Below, in pieces: positions 16,919-25,332 of a stretch of DNA of 26,953 nucleotides (position 1 is the stretch's first letter; the number at the start of each line of letters is the position of its first letter). The notes below the pieces were generated by a model. The model worked only from the letters and a program-made list of their open reading frames with translations. It was not told where the DNA came from and made no database searches. The stretch spans positions 1-26,953 of IMG/VR virus record IMGVR_UViG_3300020044_003294, one strand, 5' to 3'. This stretch comes from a virus. Taxonomy: Duplodnaviria > Caudoviricetes. A program made the translations under genes and the position numbers.

Positions 16919-17049
16919 GCTATATCATCGGACTAACGACCATTCAGGAGTGGCGTTTCCATTCAAAGAACTTAGCACACTGGAAAAAAATGGATTTAAT
17001 AGAAACAGGAAGATTTAACAACGGAACATTTAAAATAGAGCAAATATGA
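16906..17049 (+). CDS. Small hypothetical protein, 47 aa (MYKLSYIIGLTTIQEWRFHSKNLAHWKK...)
   Basis: Translated by hand; ATGA overlap with the next gene. Confidence 0.6.
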   Translation: MYKLSYIIGLTTIQEWRFHSKNLAHWKKMDLIETGRFNNGTFKIEQI

Positions 17050-17456
17050 AAGATAACCTAATGGACAAAGTAACGTACCTAATAGAACGAGATGGATTAA
17101 ACAAACGCAATAGACACAGAGAAATAATCTACAAGAAATGCTACCTAATGCACAGATTACGAAAAGAGCAGTTAACTCTTGGTGAAATAGGTTCGTATTT
17201 TAATCAGCATCACGCATCGGTTTTACATAACATCGAAACGCATAAGAATATGAACAAGTACAACAAACACGAGTACACAACTATTATTCGTGAATATCAG
17301 GTATTCTTAAAAAACACGGAGTATTATGTTGAACCAAGAGATTTAATTTCAGACGTTATGGATTCTACTAATTTGTACAAGCTCCAGAGAGTTAAACGAT
17401 GGATCAAAGAAGGTAGATATAAAACTTTTGATGCTAATGAAACAAATTTAGAATAA
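17046..17456 (+). CDS. DnaA C-terminal (domain IV)-like HTH DNA-binding protein
   Basis: LTLGEIGSYFNQHHASVLH resembles the DnaA domain IV signature SLPEIG..F.RDHTTVLH. Confidence 0.65.
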   Translation: MKDNLMDKVTYLIERDGLNKRNRHREIIYKKCYLMHRLRKEQLTLGEIGSYFNQHHASVLHNIETHKNMNKYNKHEYTTIIREYQVFLKNTEYYVEPRDLISDVMDSTNLYKLQRVKRWIKEGRYKTFDANETNLE

Positions 17457-17462
17457 TTACGT

Positions 17463-17470
17463 TATATTTG
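17463..17470 (+). promoter_or_regulatory. -7 promoter element TATATTTG of the replication operon
   Basis: TAnnTTTG match in the intergenic gap. Confidence 0.7.
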
Positions 17471-17473
17471 TAC

Positions 17474-17555
17474 AGGTGTTGCAGACCTTATAAAAATATT
17501 ATTGAAAGTCCATTAGGGAGTAGTGCTGCAACCACGAAACTTAATGGGCTTTTTT
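17474..17555 (+). ncRNA. Structured leader RNA: two kissing hairpins, loop-E motif, terminator-like U tract
   Basis: Complementary 7-nt loops GTTGCAG and CTGCAAC; 13-bp outer stem; AGUA/GAA internal loop. Confidence 0.65.
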
Positions 17556-17574
17556 ATTGCTTAAAATGTTGCAG

Positions 17575-18240
17575 ATGAGCGGATGGATTAAATTAGACAG
17601 GGAAATTACTTCCCATTGGATTTTTGAGGATTCTTGGAAATTTAGAAATTGGATTGACTTACTTACATTAGTTAATCATTCAGAACAAAAGGTAAATATC
17701 AAAGGAACGGTTTTAACTTGTTACAGAGGTCAAACATTATGTAGTTTAGATACTTTTGCAAGACGTTGGAAATGTGATAAATCAAAGGTAAGACGTTTTT
17801 TAAAGCTACTTGAAGATGATTCAATGATTGAATTAAAATCGGAACACATAACGACACGCTTAACTATCTGTAAATATGATACTTATCAAGGTGATGGAAA
17901 CGCAGATGAAACGAAAGTGAAACGCAAACGAAACGCAGATGAAACGCAAATGACACCAAACAAGAATGATAATAAAGAAAAGAATATATTATTCGATAAT
18001 TTTTGGACTTTATATTCAAAGTCAGTTGATAAACAAAAGTGTCAAGAAAAGTTTTTAAAGTTGACAGATGACGAAATAAAATCTATATTTGAAACCTTGC
18101 CTTTTTATATTATTCAAACTCCTGATAAAACATATAGAAAAAATCCTTTGACTTATTTAAATGGAAAATGTTGGAATGATATTGATCCAAGTAAGCCACA
18201 AATAATTAACAATACTTTACCTAACGAAATTTGGGAATGA
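17575..18240 (+). CDS. Replication initiator (replisome organizer / lambda O-like); start revised from 17557
   Basis: N-terminal MSGWIKLDR..., wHTH region, C-terminal FDNFWTLY...KNPLTYLNGKCWND; internal iterons; upstream of helicase. Confidence 0.8.
   Translation: MSGWIKLDREITSHWIFEDSWKFRNWIDLLTLVNHSEQKVNIKGTVLTCYRGQTLCSLDTFARRWKCDKSKVRRFLKLLEDDSMIELKSEHITTRLTICKYDTYQGDGNADETKVKRKRNADETQMTPNKNDNKEKNILFDNFWTLYSKSVDKQKCQEKFLKLTDDEIKSIFETLPFYIIQTPDKTYRKNPLTYLNGKCWNDIDPSKPQIINNTLPNEIWE
17897..17951. repeat. Five 11-bp iterons (GAAACG-N5); putative replication origin
   Basis: GAAACGCAGAT, GAAACGAAAGT, GAAACGCAAAC, GAAACGCAGAT, GAAACGCAAAT in tandem, then an AT-rich tract. Confidence 0.75.
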
Positions 18241-19244
18241 TGTATAAAAGACTAACAAACGTAAACAACGAACTTTTTGATATACGCTTACAAAAAGACG
18301 TAAGAGGTAAATCAATTGGTTGGGATTGGGATATACTTCCATACACAATAAAAGAAGGATGTACAACATATATCGGTTCAGCTCCTGCCAGTGGAAAGAC
18401 GGAGCTTTGGTTTGAGATATTAATTAACCTTTCGTGTTTACATAATTGGAATCACGTAATCTTCTCACCTGAAACAGGTAATAGTGCAGAGATATTCGCA
18501 GAGCTTTGTTACAAGTACATAGGTAAACCTTACGTTCAAGGACAGAACTCAATGAGTAACTCAGAGCAAATAGTTGCTGAGATGTTTATCAATGAGCATT
18601 TTATTGTGATTGATCCAATTGACGAAGACTTGACCATTACAAAATTTTACGAGTTAGTTGATGAAATCGAAAAGAAGGAAGGAATGAAGATTCACACGAC
18701 AACTATTGACCCTTGGAACGAATTAACGGAGGAGTTTTTGCCTAGTGACTTAGGACGAGAGGATAAATACCTAAGTAGAATTTTGGGAACTGTACGAAAA
18801 AACGCAAGAAAGACAGGCAGACATAACTGCGTAATTAATCACGTTCGTGACCAACCTATGGTAAGTTCTAAGACAATAGCAGGAACTGACATTAGTTACT
18901 TTCCTATGCCAAGTGCAAGAGATTTCGCTGGAGGTCAAGTTTGGTTTAGAAAAGGACTAAGCGTTTTAATACCTTGGAGACCTCCATTTGGATTGTTGGA
19001 TGGAGATGGACGAGGAGCAGAGAAAAACGAAGTACATTTGAAGGTTGCAAAGAGTAAACCTAAAGGCGTATCAAAAAACGGAGTATACAAAATGTTTTTA
19101 GACCTAGATAAATATCAATACTATATGCTAGATTTTAAAGGCAACCGTATCTACGCAAACCGAACAAAGAAAGTACCTGAACAAAAAAAGCTCACAATGA
19201 CAGAACAAAAGTTAAACGCATTAAACAACAAAGGATGGACATAG
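18237..19244 (+). CDS. SF4 (DnaB/T7 gp4-like) replicative helicase
   Basis: Walker A GSAPASGKT, FSPE, Walker B-like IDPWN, INH motif; coupled to the initiator stop. Confidence 0.75.
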   Translation: MMYKRLTNVNNELFDIRLQKDVRGKSIGWDWDILPYTIKEGCTTYIGSAPASGKTELWFEILINLSCLHNWNHVIFSPETGNSAEIFAELCYKYIGKPYVQGQNSMSNSEQIVAEMFINEHFIVIDPIDEDLTITKFYELVDEIEKKEGMKIHTTTIDPWNELTEEFLPSDLGREDKYLSRILGTVRKNARKTGRHNCVINHVRDQPMVSSKTIAGTDISYFPMPSARDFAGGQVWFRKGLSVLIPWRPPFGLLDGDGRGAEKNEVHLKVAKSKPKGVSKNGVYKMFLDLDKYQYYMLDFKGNRIYANRTKKVPEQKKLTMTEQKLNALNNKGWT

Positions 19245-19531
19245 GATTAAAACTACTTTACATCAAAGGACTTATACAAAAGAACATTTGGAAAGTAAAG
19301 CTAACTAGAGAAGAATTACAGGAAAAGCGACCATCAGCAGAAGCGTACATAAACGGAGCTAAAGACACGGAGAACGATTTAAAACAGGTGCAGTTAGCAA
19401 TAGTTGAACTTGAAACAGAACTACGCTTACACGGACGAGAAATCAACCGTTGTCTGCATATCAACGGAGAACTAAAAAAAAGGATTGAAGAACTAGAACA
19501 CGAACTTAAATTTAAAAACGTAGAATTATGA
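19235..19531 (+). CDS. Coiled-coil hypothetical protein
   Basis: ORF track; heptad pattern. Confidence 0.7.
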   Translation: MDIGLKLLYIKGLIQKNIWKVKLTREELQEKRPSAEAYINGAKDTENDLKQVQLAIVELETELRLHGREINRCLHINGELKKRIEELEHELKFKNVEL

Positions 19532-19707
19532 CAAAGGAATTAGCAAGAGATATTTTACACAATTATCTTGAAGAAAAATTTGAAAACAAATCAGAGCTTC
19601 CAATATGGGATGAGAGAATTACAACTACCTATGAAAATAATGTTTTAGCAACTTGGACATTCAGAGGGATAATAAAATTTTTGTACAACTTAGAAGATAA
19701 ATTATGA
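19528..19707 (+). CDS. Hypothetical protein, 59 aa (MTKELARDILHNYLEEKFENK...)
   Basis: Translated by hand; ATGA overlaps at both ends. Confidence 0.7.
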   Translation: MTKELARDILHNYLEEKFENKSELPIWDERITTTYENNVLATWTFRGIIKFLYNLEDKL

Positions 19708-19961
19708 TTAAAGAAAAAAAGTTAGTGGCACTATCAGCAGTGCTTCCTGTATTAGCAGACTTCATTGAGGATCTTAATGACCAGTATGTCTTCAAACAAG
19801 ACTTAAAACGTAAAGCAAATATCCTAGCAGATGAAATTAGGAAAGTAGATTACAAAGTTTTACAGGTATATGGAGAAAAACGAGATGAAATATACGAGCA
19901 ACAAGTACAGTTGCAGTTGTTATTTAGACAATGGATTGAAGAAACGATAAACTTAGACTGA
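19704..19961 (+). CDS. Hypothetical protein
   Basis: ORF track; translationally coupled. Confidence 0.7.
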   Translation: MIKEKKLVALSAVLPVLADFIEDLNDQYVFKQDLKRKANILADEIRKVDYKVLQVYGEKRDEIYEQQVQLQLLFRQWIEETINLD

Positions 19962-21208
19962 TGAAAGTAGGAAGTGATTTTAGTGGAGTAGGTGCATTTG
20001 ACCAAGCTCTGAAGCGTTTAGGCGTAAACTATGAAACAGTTTTTGCCTGTGATATGGATAAGTATGCAAGAGATACATTTATTCACAATTACGGAGAACC
20101 TAAATACTATCCAACGAATGTTTATGACCGAGAGATTCCAACCGAATCACTTGACATCTATATGACTTCTCCACCATGCCAAGCATTCTCACTTGCTGGA
20201 AAGCGACTTGGTAAGGATGATAAACGAGGAGTATTGTTCTTTAACTCACACGAATTTATTCAGGTAAACAAACCTCGCTTTTTTATATTCGAGAACGTGA
20301 AAGGATTGCTTTCAGATGATGGAGGTAAAACATTCCAGGAATGGGTGAATATGTTAGGTGGAAAATCAGTAAATGGATTGCCGATATTGTTCGCTCACGA
20401 TGATGCAGTTCCATATCACTTGTATTGGAAAGTTCTAAATGCAAAGCATCACGGTGTTCCGCAGAATCGAGAGAGAGTTTTCTTGATTGGTATTCGTGAT
20501 GATGCAGACAATCACTTTCAATTTCCACGAGAAGAACATTTGAGTAAACGATTAAAGGATGTACTTGAAGAGGAAATATTCGGAAAATATTATTTAAGTG
20601 ATGAACGTATTGGAACAATTACAAAATCAAAACGTGGAATTGGATGGACTGACACTGATACAAAGCCAATATCAAATTGTTTGCTTACGGCATATTCAAA
20701 AATTCCAACTGATGGAGAATATTTAAAGGTTAAAAGTAATCTTGAAAAATATTTTTTAAGTGAAAAAATGTTAGAGTTAATTACATTCCAGAAAAAAACG
20801 AATGGAGAAATAGCAAACCTAAACAAAGGTGGTGAACGTGGCTCTGTATATGATGCAAATACTGATTCAATGAGCTGTTTAAGTGCAACTGATTACAAAC
20901 AACCTAAACAAATAATGGTTGTAGATTATCGTAAAGATGAGGGATTTAGATGGAGAGAAGATGGCAATTCACCTTGCCTTCATACTCAATTGAAAGACAT
21001 TGATTTCAATGAAAAACGAGGACAAAGTGCAATCTATATAAACAATGAATACAAAATCCGCAGATTAACTCCAAGAGAATGCTTTCGACTAATGGACTTC
21101 CCAGATACATTTACTTGGAAGGTAAGCGACTCTCAAGCATACAAACAAGCAGGTAACTCAATCGTGGTAAACGTACTTTACAAAATCTTAAAACAATTGC
21201 CATTATGA
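19961..21208 (+). CDS. DNA (cytosine-5)-methyltransferase
   Basis: Motifs I FSGVG, IV PPCQ, VI ENV, VIII QNRER, IX RRLTPRECFRL, X GNS. Confidence 0.95.
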   Translation: MKVGSDFSGVGAFDQALKRLGVNYETVFACDMDKYARDTFIHNYGEPKYYPTNVYDREIPTESLDIYMTSPPCQAFSLAGKRLGKDDKRGVLFFNSHEFIQVNKPRFFIFENVKGLLSDDGGKTFQEWVNMLGGKSVNGLPILFAHDDAVPYHLYWKVLNAKHHGVPQNRERVFLIGIRDDADNHFQFPREEHLSKRLKDVLEEEIFGKYYLSDERIGTITKSKRGIGWTDTDTKPISNCLLTAYSKIPTDGEYLKVKSNLEKYFLSEKMLELITFQKKTNGEIANLNKGGERGSVYDANTDSMSCLSATDYKQPKQIMVVDYRKDEGFRWREDGNSPCLHTQLKDIDFNEKRGQSAIYINNEYKIRRLTPRECFRLMDFPDTFTWKVSDSQAYKQAGNSIVVNVLYKILKQLPL

Positions 21209-21723
21209 GATGTAAAAACTGCAAACAAAAGTTTGAGCCTATCCGTTTTTTACATAAATACTGCTTAGCTGATGATTGCATAAGAGCATTTGTAGCAGAA
21301 GTAAAAGAGAAGACTTGGAAAGAAACGAAAACACGAATGAAGACAGACCTAAAAACTACTCAGGATTGGTTAAAAGAAGCTCAGACAATATTCAACAAGT
21401 ATATAAATTTACGAGATAAAGGACTTCCTTGCGGTTCTTGTGGTAAACCAATTAAAGGTAGAGTAAATGCTTCTCACTTTTGGAACGCAAACAATCATCA
21501 TAACGTAAGATTCGATGAAGATAATGTACATTCAAGTTGCATTACCTGTAATCAATTCTTATCAGGTAACTTGTTGGAATATCGAACAAGGTTATGTTCT
21601 AAAATCGGACAAAAAAGATTTGATGAACTGGAAGCAAAAAGACACGTTACAAAAAAATGGACGAAAGACGAACTAAAAGAAATCATAAAAAAATATAAAG
21701 ACTTAGTAAAAGGAATGAAATAA
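21205..21723 (+). CDS. ninG: NinG/Rap-like recombination endonuclease
   Basis: CKNC..C...C N-terminus; FNKYINLRD, CGSCG, ASHF, RFDEDNVH, CITCN, SGNL motifs. Confidence 0.85.
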   Translation: MRCKNCKQKFEPIRFLHKYCLADDCIRAFVAEVKEKTWKETKTRMKTDLKTTQDWLKEAQTIFNKYINLRDKGLPCGSCGKPIKGRVNASHFWNANNHHNVRFDEDNVHSSCITCNQFLSGNLLEYRTRLCSKIGQKRFDELEAKRHVTKKWTKDELKEIIKKYKDLVKGMK

Positions 21724-21728
21724 AGTAT

Positions 21729-21736
21729 TATATTTG
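21729..21736 (+). promoter_or_regulatory. -7 promoter element TATATTTG of the recombination operon
   Basis: TAnnTTTG in a 35-nt gap before the ERF gene. Confidence 0.7.
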
Positions 21737-21758
21737 CATCTAATAAAAACAAATCACT

Positions 21759-22283
21759 ATGAAAAATTTACTAAAAATTCAGGCAGAATTAAAATGTCCA
21801 AAAGGTAGCTTTAACTCATTCGGTAAGTACAAGTATCGAAGTGCTGAGCAGATTCTTGAATCACTTAAACCATTACTACAAAAACACGAATCAACATTAG
21901 TTCTAACTGATGACATTATTCAAGTAGGTGATAAGCTATTTTTAAAAGCTACTGCAACACTTTCTGATGCTGATAGTGTAATTCATTCAAACGGATTTGC
22001 AGAGATGAGTGAACACAAAGGAATGTCATCTGAGCAATGTACAGGAACTGCGTCTAGTTATGCACGTAAATACGCATTAAATGGATTGTTCTTAATTGAC
22101 GAAACGGAATCAGATCCCGACTCAAAGGACAATACTCCATCACAACCAAAAAAACAAACCTTAGACGCTAAGAGATTCCAAGACGCAGTCAAAGCAGTAA
22201 CTGAAGGAAAGATAACACGTGAGTCTTTAGAAAGCAAGTTCACGTTAACGGATGGTCAAATTGATATATTGAACGCGTTATGA
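21759..22283 (+). CDS. erf: ERF-family single-strand annealing protein
   Basis: FGKYKYRS and GTASSYARKYALNGLF signature. Confidence 0.85.
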   Translation: MKNLLKIQAELKCPKGSFNSFGKYKYRSAEQILESLKPLLQKHESTLVLTDDIIQVGDKLFLKATATLSDADSVIHSNGFAEMSEHKGMSSEQCTGTASSYARKYALNGLFLIDETESDPDSKDNTPSQPKKQTLDAKRFQDAVKAVTEGKITRESLESKFTLTDGQIDILNAL

Positions 22284-22951
22284 AAATTAGATGCTCTGCT
22301 ATAGGAAAAATTATGTCAGCTCCGAGAAACAAATCGGAGTTGCTTAGTCAAACTGCAAAGACATACATTCACGAGATGGTCTTGCAGGATAAATACGGAA
22401 TCAGAAAAGAATTTAGTTCACGCTACACGGACAAAGGAAACGAAGTAGAAAACGAATCAATCAACCTAGTTAATGAAGTTCTGGATGTAGGATTTATTTA
22501 CAAGAACGAGGAGCATTACGAGAACGATTGGATTACAGGAACACCTGACGTAAACACGGAGCAAGTGTTGTTAGACGTAAAAAGCTCTTGGGATGGATCT
22601 ACGTTTCCTTTCTTTGAAACTGAGATACCTACAAAGGACTATTACTACCAACTTCAAGGATATATGTGGCTAACAGGTAAACAACAGTCAATGTTATGTT
22701 ACTGCTTAGTTGACACACCTGAACTAATGGTTGAAGACGAAATAAGAAGAACGCACTGGAAACTTAATCTAATGGAAGAAAGCTTAGAGCTAAGAGATGA
22801 GATCCAGAAGAAACATATTTTTTCACACATTCCTAAGAATCGCAGAGTCAAAGTATTCTACGTACAAAAAGACGAAGCAGTTATAGAACGAATCAAAGAA
22901 CAGGTAGAACTTTGTCGTGAGTATTATAACACCTTAATTAATTTCCTATGA
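22280..22951 (+). CDS. YqaJ/lambda-type exonuclease
   Basis: RCS, G.EVE, GTPD, DVKS (PD-D/ExK), YYYQLQGYM; paired with ERF. Confidence 0.8.
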   Translation: MKIRCSAIGKIMSAPRNKSELLSQTAKTYIHEMVLQDKYGIRKEFSSRYTDKGNEVENESINLVNEVLDVGFIYKNEEHYENDWITGTPDVNTEQVLLDVKSSWDGSTFPFFETEIPTKDYYYQLQGYMWLTGKQQSMLCYCLVDTPELMVEDEIRRTHWKLNLMEESLELRDEIQKKHIFSHIPKNRRVKVFYVQKDEAVIERIKEQVELCREYYNTLINFL

Positions 22952-23226
22952 ATCAGCAAATAGAAGACCAAATAGTAATACGTGTTCTTAGCCGATTCAG
23001 CGAACGTTCGCAAGTAGGAATAAACAAGTATAAGACTACGCTAGAAAGAACTGATTTAAGCACGTTAGAATGGCTTACACACGCACAGGAGGAAGCTATG
23101 GACTTTGTTTTATATTTGGAACGACTCAAAGACGAATACAGAGGTGGCTTATTAACTAAGATGGTAAAGCAATCGGAACAAGACGGATTGTATGAAGAAA
23201 ATGTAAAACGAACAATGCCTAAATAA
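22948..23226 (+). CDS. Hypothetical protein, possibly all-alpha NTP pyrophosphatase-like
   Basis: G..KY motif and EE..D...Y acidic helix (HAQEEAMDFVLY). Confidence 0.45.
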   Translation: MNQQIEDQIVIRVLSRFSERSQVGINKYKTTLERTDLSTLEWLTHAQEEAMDFVLYLERLKDEYRGGLLTKMVKQSEQDGLYEENVKRTMPK

Positions 23227-23232
23227 ACACGG

Positions 23233-23415
23233 ATGAAAATAACAATCGAACAATACGAACATAAGATTATTCACGAAGTACCTCATAACGATGTAACTCT
23301 AGAAGAAGCTTTACAAATGATTGAAGGACTTTTAAAAGCTACTGGATATTGTTTTAGTGGAAATCTTGAAATAGTGGATGAGTGGGTAGATAATGATGAA
23401 ACCTTTAAAGGATAA
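23233..23415 (+). CDS. Hypothetical protein
   Basis: ORF track, 60 aa. Confidence 0.65.
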   Translation: MKITIEQYEHKIIHEVPHNDVTLEEALQMIEGLLKATGYCFSGNLEIVDEWVDNDETFKG

Positions 23416-23470
23416 GTCCCAATTTTTACCACATAAACTAAATAGAAATGATAACTAAACAACAAGAACA

Positions 23471-23575
23471 ATGAAAGAGAAAACAAAAGCAATAGTATTT
23501 TTGCTATTCGTAATATCCGTTTTTTGCTACGGATTCCTACACTTCGTAGGTTATATATGGCGAGGAGCATTTTAA
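23471..23575 (+). CDS. Single-TM microprotein, 34 aa (MKEKTKAIVFLLFVISVFCYGFLHFVGYIWRGAF)
   Basis: Translated by hand; A-rich start; hydrophobic helix. Confidence 0.55.
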   Translation: MKEKTKAIVFLLFVISVFCYGFLHFVGYIWRGAF

Positions 23576-23582
23576 ACGTAAT

Positions 23583-23933
23583 ATGAAAATAGATTGGGAT
23601 GATTTCAATGTTAAAGCTGATTATGTCATCGAAACAATTGTCAAACCACAAGTAGCAAAATACGAATTAAGTAAACAATTAAATAAACATAAAATGGAAA
23701 ACAAGTTAAACACGGGAGCAATCTTCAAAAACACGAACAAGAAAGCTGAGAATCACCCCGACTACAAAGGAAAGGTAAACGTAAACGGTAAAGAAATGGA
23801 AGTTGCGTTATGGGTAAAACAAGGCAAAGCAGGTTCATTCTTCTCTGCAGCTTTCTCAGAACCTTACGTTGCACCTGAAAAAATGGAAAGAGTTCCTGTA
23901 TCTGATTCAATGGATGACGATTTACCTTTCTAA
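23583..23933 (+). CDS. Small single-stranded DNA-binding-like protein (core probably starts at 23694)
   Basis: GAIFKN...HPDYKG...ALW beta-rich core and C-terminal DDDLPF tail typical of SSBs. Confidence 0.7.
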   Translation: MKIDWDDFNVKADYVIETIVKPQVAKYELSKQLNKHKMENKLNTGAIFKNTNKKAENHPDYKGKVNVNGKEMEVALWVKQGKAGSFFSAAFSEPYVAPEKMERVPVSDSMDDDLPF

Positions 23934-24154
23934 TGTACATTGATGAAGGAGGATTGCGAAAGCAATTGGAGATGTTGCTTCGTACCAAAACACGAAACCA
24001 AATTGTGCAGGAGATCAAATCAAACACAGGAAGATTCCACCAATACCAAATTGACAAATTCTTACAGGGAAAGGATGTTACACTTTGCACAGTCGTCAAG
24101 ATTGACAACTACGTCAGCAGAGAAATCTACTTAAACAATTTAGAGCCACTTTAA
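23933..24154 (+). CDS. Small HTH (Cro/XRE-like) protein
   Basis: QYQIDKFLQGKDVTLCTVVKI resembles an XRE recognition helix region. Confidence 0.5.
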   Translation: MYIDEGGLRKQLEMLLRTKTRNQIVQEIKSNTGRFHQYQIDKFLQGKDVTLCTVVKIDNYVSREIYLNNLEPL

Positions 24155-24168
24155 CAGGTGGCTTTTTT
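24143..24168 (+). terminator. Rho-independent terminator
   Basis: GAGCCAC...GTGGCTT stem plus T-tract. Confidence 0.75.
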
Positions 24169-24209
24169 ATTGTTGAAAACTTTTTAGCAACGTGATTAGA
24201 TTTTCATCG

Positions 24210-24217
24210 TAAGTTTG
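24210..24217 (+). promoter_or_regulatory. -7 promoter element TAAGTTTG for the sigma factor gene
   Basis: TAnnTTTG between the terminator and ATG 24233. Confidence 0.65.
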
Positions 24218-24232
24218 ATTAGAAATTAATCA

Positions 24233-24757
24233 ATGGATAAGCTCACATTATTAACTAAGCATCACAAAGATTGGGTCAAGGTAGTCAATAGCTTTGGCGA
24301 ATACTTTTTTGCTGATGATATCGTCCAAGAAACATATTTAAAGATTCTTCGTTTAAATCATATAGACAAGATAGTTACTACAACGATTAACAGGAGTATG
24401 ATGTGGTTAGTATTGAGAAGCGTTTACATTGATCATCTCAGACTACAGAAACACGATAAGGTAAGTTTAGATTTAATTTATAGTTTAAGCAGCGAGGATT
24501 CAATAGAAAGCCAACAGGCAATAAACCGAATAGACGAACTGATAGAAGAAGAAACAAAGAAGTGGCATCACTACGATAAAATGTTATTTGATTTGTACAG
24601 AAAAACGGAACTATCAATGCGAGAAATAGCAGAAGCTACTAACATACATTACACTTCTATCTTCCATACGTTAAAAAGATGTAAGAAAAGACTACAGGAA
24701 GCAGTAGGAGAAGATTATAGAGATTATTTGAATAAAGATTTTGAACTAATAAAATAA
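24233..24757 (+). CDS. ECF-type RNA polymerase sigma-70 factor (probable late-gene sigma)
   Basis: Region 2 ADDIVQETYLK, YIDHLR; region 4 HTH LSMREIAEATNIHYTSIFHTLKR. Confidence 0.85.
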   Translation: MDKLTLLTKHHKDWVKVVNSFGEYFFADDIVQETYLKILRLNHIDKIVTTTINRSMMWLVLRSVYIDHLRLQKHDKVSLDLIYSLSSEDSIESQQAINRIDELIEEETKKWHHYDKMLFDLYRKTELSMREIAEATNIHYTSIFHTLKRCKKRLQEAVGEDYRDYLNKDFELIK

Positions 24758-24760
24758 ACA

Positions 24761-25132
24761 ATGGAAAAACGAACAACAAAAAAGAAAGCAGAAGGACTAG
24801 GAGACACAGTAGAGAATGTACTTAAACTAACAGGTATATCCAAACTAGTAAACTTTGTAGCAGGAGAAGATTGCGGATGCGAAGCGCGTAAAGAGAAACT
24901 CAACGCATTGTTTCCTTACAGAACACCTAAGTGCCTAACAGAAGACGAATACACGTACCTAACAGAATCACAGGTATTAAACAAGCAAACACTGAAACCA
25001 AGTGAGCAGGATGCAATCTTAAAGATTTACAATCGTATCTTTGGAATCAGCAGAGAGCCTACTTCTTGTGCAACTTGCTGGTTAGAGATTATCAATAAAA
25101 TGCAAAAGGTATTTAACGAATACGCTGAGTAA
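24761..25132 (+). CDS. Phage hypothetical protein with Cys pairs
   Basis: GLGDTVE, DCGCEARKEKLN, SCATC. Confidence 0.75.
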   Translation: MEKRTTKKKAEGLGDTVENVLKLTGISKLVNFVAGEDCGCEARKEKLNALFPYRTPKCLTEDEYTYLTESQVLNKQTLKPSEQDAILKIYNRIFGISREPTSCATCWLEIINKMQKVFNEYAE

Positions 25133-25332
25133 TGAAATACTATCTCATTGACCACGGAAAAGAAATGATTGCAGAAGCAAACGTTTTAACTGACCATCTA
25201 ACAAAGCAAGGACATCACTACGTGATTTACTTGACCAATGCTGATGGATTAATGTGCGTTGAAGAGATAGACGAAAACGAATTTTTAGATCACTTTAAAA
25301 AACAACCAAAACACGAAACCAATGAAAAATAA
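25132..25332 (+). CDS. Hypothetical protein
   Basis: ORF track; TAATG coupling. Confidence 0.65.
   Translation: MKYYLIDHGKEMIAEANVLTDHLTKQGHHYVIYLTNADGLMCVEEIDENEFLDHFKKQPKHETNEK

Noticed and set aside
17897-17951. Tandem repeats as a possible CRISPR array or DGR repeat
   Set aside because: 11-bp units without spacers; no cas or reverse transcriptase gene in the window
2281-24134. Alternate-frame + strand ORFs 2281-2466, 14825-15043, 15059-15247, 23940-24134
   Set aside because: Nested within longer genes and without recognisable features
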